NCBI RefSeq assembly: GCF_001194135.2
Contig: NC_068986.1
Coordinates: 15,992,620 to 16,056,526, forward strand
Direction: 5' to 3'
Length of the DNA: 63,907 nt
Source of the DNA: Octopus bimaculoides
Lineage: Eukaryota
Shown: positions 60,533-63,907 of the stretch, in pieces
Layout of the letters: every line of letters begins with the position of its first letter
Position numbering within the stretch: position 1 is the stretch's first letter
Made by a program: the position numbers and the translations under genes
Notes under the pieces: model-generated
What the model saw: only the letters and a program-made list of their open reading frames with translations
Database searches by the model: none
Told to the model about the DNA's origin: nothing

Positions 60533-61856
60533 NNNNNNNNNNNNNNNNNNNNNNNNNNNNNNNNNNNNNNNNNNNNNNNNNNNNNNNNNNNNNNNNNNNN
60601 NNNNNNNNNNNNNNNNNNNNNNNNNNNNNNNNNNNNNNNNNNNNNNNNNNNNNNNNNNNNNNNNNNNNNNNNNNNNNNNNNNNNNNNNNNNNNNNNNNNN
60701 NNNNNNNNNNNNNNNNNNNNNNNNNNNNNNNNNNNNNNNNNNNNNNNNNNNNNNNNNNNNNNNNNNNNNNNNNNNNNNNNNNNNNNNNNNNNNNNNNNNN
60801 NNNNNNNNNNNNNNNNNNNNNNNNNNNNNNNNNNNNNNNNNNNNNNNNNNNNNNNNNNNNNNNNNNNNNNNNNNNNNNNNNNNNNNNNNNNNNNNNNNNN
60901 NNNNNNNNNNNNNNNNNNNNNNNNNNNNNNNNNNNNNNNNNNNNNNNNNNNNNNNNNNNNNNNNNNNNNNNNNNNNNNNNNNNNNNNNNNNNNNNNNNNN
61001 NNNNNNNNNNNNNNNNNNNNNNNNNNNNNNNNNNNNNNNNNNNNNNNNNNNNNNNNNNNNNNNNNNNNNNNNNNNNNNNNNNNNNNNNNNNNNNNNNNNN
61101 NNNNNNNNNNNNNNNNNNNNNNNNNNNNNNNNNNNNNNNNNNNNNNNNNNNNNNNNNNNNNNNNNNNNNNNNNNNNNNNNNNNNNNNNNNNNNNNNNNNN
61201 NNNNNNNNNNNNNNNNNNNNNNNNNNNNNNNNNNNNNNNNNNNNTATATATATATATATATATATATCATTATATGTGTGCAAGTGGGTCTGTGTATGCG
61301 TTCACGTGTGTCTATGTGCCAACGTGTGTATAAGAATCTACATAATTCCCAGAAGGATATTCTGCTTGCTGGATCGATATCAGCCGATGGGTTCGTTGTT
61401 CCAATATTTCTCACTTGCCTGAATTGCGCCCACTCTTGAAAACACTTAACTCTCAATAGCCTATTTCAATATATATCAGAGGGATAAATAATCCATTGTA
61501 AAAGCATCGAGTGCCTCATTACCTCGGAGCTATACGTTGTTAAATTCTTTTCGCGGTTGGTGTATTTGTGTTCAAATGGATTTTGGCGCAATGTCGATGC
61601 GTGGGTTTTCTTGGCAACTGGAAGCGTAAGCGCGAAAATGTTTGCTTGTGTGGAAGTTTTCTTGCTTCAATGTAAACATTCGTGCTTATTATGTGTATTT
61701 TCTCTCATCAAACACTTGTATACATCTGTGCATACTTCTCACATCGGTTTATGTGCTTATATGCAAAATAATGTGAGCTTGTTTTTCAGCGTGCGATTGT
61801 GTCTATGCAGGCGTTTTTGTAGTCTATGTGAAATTTGCATATGGTGTATGCGTTAA

Positions 61857-61894
<38 letters not shown>

Positions 61895-62214
61895 NNNNNN
61901 NNNNNNNNNNNNNNNNNNNNNNNNNNNNNNNNNNNNNNNNNNNNNNNNNNNNNNNNNNNNNNNNNNNNNNNNNNNNNNNNNNNNNNNNNNNNNNNNNNNN
62001 NNNNNNNNNNNNNNNNNNNNNNNNNNNNNNNNNNNNNNNNNNNNNNNNNNNNNNNNNNNNNNNNNNNNNNNNNNNNNNNNNNNNNNNNNNNNNNNNNNNN
62101 NNNNNNNNNNNNNNNNNNNNNNNNNNNNNNNNNNNNNNNNNNNNNNNNNNNNNNNNNNNNNNNNNNNNNNNNNNNNNNNTGCTATTTTATTTTTGAAACA
62201 ATTATGTAGTTTTG

Positions 62215-62275
<61 letters not shown>

Positions 62276-62371
62276 TTTTGCTTTAGTTTTTTTTCTTCTT
62301 CTTAGACTACCGTATTATTGTGTTCTTCCTTTAAATTGTATATTCAAGATTTCAGTACAGGAAATAGGTGT

Positions 62372-62420
<49 letters not shown>
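62215..62420. repeat. (ATT)n and (ACT)n microsatellites
   Basis: Direct reading. Confidence 0.95.
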
Positions 62421-63102
62421 GCTACTAATTGTGCCGCTGATGCTACTGCCACCGCCATCACCGCTGCTTTTGCTAGGACTATTATAATGCTCATGAGGGC
62501 GACGAATGGCGTTTAGAGGCATTCTAAGAATCATAACGTGTGTTTTTTTCTTTTCCCCCTTTTTGTTACAAAAATAATATGAATAGTTTTACTTCTGGAA
62601 TTAAAGAGCAAAATAATTTGAATAAAATAACATAATAAGAGATAGAAATACAATATCGAGTAGGCTTTAGGGAGAAATAAATATTAAAGAGGTAAAAAAA
62701 AAAAAAAAGGATTCCGAAAATAGAAGAAATAGTTATTTATTTTAAAACAATTGTAATTTATGCCCTGTAGCGTGTTACAAAATTACACGTCATATAAATA
62801 CATACACATGTGTTTATGCACGTATGGATATATGTATATAAATGGATGTTGGCGTAACTAGCCAAAATGTACATAGAATTATAGGTGTGTATTTTTATAT
62901 TCATATATGTATATAGGTGGGTGTGTAGATTTAAAACCACCCTTCATCAACAACTCAACAAATGAAGGAGACCACAATTCCATAAGGTAGGAGACGCCTC
63001 GCAAATGATTTTCATTCTTTATTCATCATGACCCTATTTTAATTTTTATATCACATTCATAGTAAAGTAGACTCTAACATGTAACACACACGCGCACACA
63101 CG

Positions 63103-63144
<42 letters not shown>

Positions 63145-63349
63145 TACACACACGCACATACATATATAAGACTTTACGTTCACATACGCCAGCTTAATTT
63201 CATTCGTCCCTAGTCGAAAGACACCCGTTGTTAATGTCGTTTTTTGCATTTGGATTTGTGTACAATTTCTCCGTTTTTTCCGTCCTGTTTTCTGAAACAT
63301 TCGCTGCTTTCTTCCAAGGAATCTACTGCTCTTAGTTTAGTTTTTTTCC

Positions 63350-63563
63350 TTTTACTCTTTACTCTTTTACTTGTTTCAGTCATTTGATATACGTATATAA
63401 GACGGGCTTCTTTCAGTTTCCGTCTACCAAATCCACTCACATGTCTTTGGTAGGCCCGAGGTTATAGTTGAAGACGCTTGCCCAAGGTGCCACGCAGTAG
63501 GATTGAACCCAGAACCATGTGATTCGTAAGCAAGTTACTTACCACACAGCCACTCCTACGCCT
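63350..63563 (-). mobile_element. SINE family B head and core joined to the end of the tail (internal deletion)
   Basis: Plus strand TTACTTGTTTCAGTCATTTG (tail) lies directly next to GACGGGCTTCTTTCAGTTTCCGTCTACCAAATCCACTCAC...CAAGGTGCCACGCAG...TTACCACACAGCCACTCC. Confidence 0.8.
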
Positions 63564-63737
63564 GTTGTCTGTAGTTCATTGTTCTAACGTCCTGTACCCT
63601 GATATGCATATATATACACATGTAGATGTAAGTATGTACATATATGTGTGTATACATGTATATATATTCTTTGTATTATTACATTATTGAACGCACACGT
63701 CCTTTTTTGCAAGTCTACTTTATTATTCTGACGTGAC

Positions 63738-63739
<2 letters not shown>

Positions 63740-63790
<51 letters not shown>

Positions 63791-63791
63791 A

Positions 63792-63822
<31 letters not shown>

Positions 63823-63823
63823 T
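63740..63823. repeat. (ATCT)n microsatellite
   Basis: Direct reading. Confidence 0.95.
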
Positions 63824-63907
63824 TATAGAATGGCAAATAGCCACAGGGAGTAAAAGAAAAAGATCAAAAACAACCCCAAAATTAAATGCATGCAAAGCAG
63901 GGAAATA

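Overview
AT-rich, microsatellite-saturated animal genomic DNA from a draft assembly, with 20 N-gaps, nearly all flanked by (TA)n, (CA)n or (ATCT)n. The repeat style and SINE content suggest an octopus or other coleoid cephalopod; this is inference, not a database result. I could not support any host protein-coding gene, rRNA, bona fide tRNA or CRISPR array. Almost all ORFs in the track are artefacts of N-runs or simple repeats. The interpretable content is decayed mobile DNA. It comprises a Penelope-like element (PLE) with a C-terminal GIY-YIG endonuclease and an inverted terminal arm (56.1-57.5 kb), four restriction-like-endonuclease (R4/Dong-type) retrotransposon 3' ends, three mariner transposase relics, a CR1/L2-type LINE 3' end, more than 25 tRNA-derived SINE copies of several families, and several minimal hammerhead-ribozyme-like motifs. 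The most unusual observations are: (1) the PLE endonuclease has about 156 codons of Asn/Ser/Asp/Thr-rich, triplet-repeat-like sequence between its GIY and YIG motifs, with the outer reading frame preserved; (2) a dispersed repeat family folds as a minimal type I hammerhead but consistently has U at core position 6; (3) a GC-rich, multi-hairpin 235-bp island sits inside a (TA)n tract. Coordinates of degenerate repeats were read by eye and are approximate (about +/-10-20 bp).
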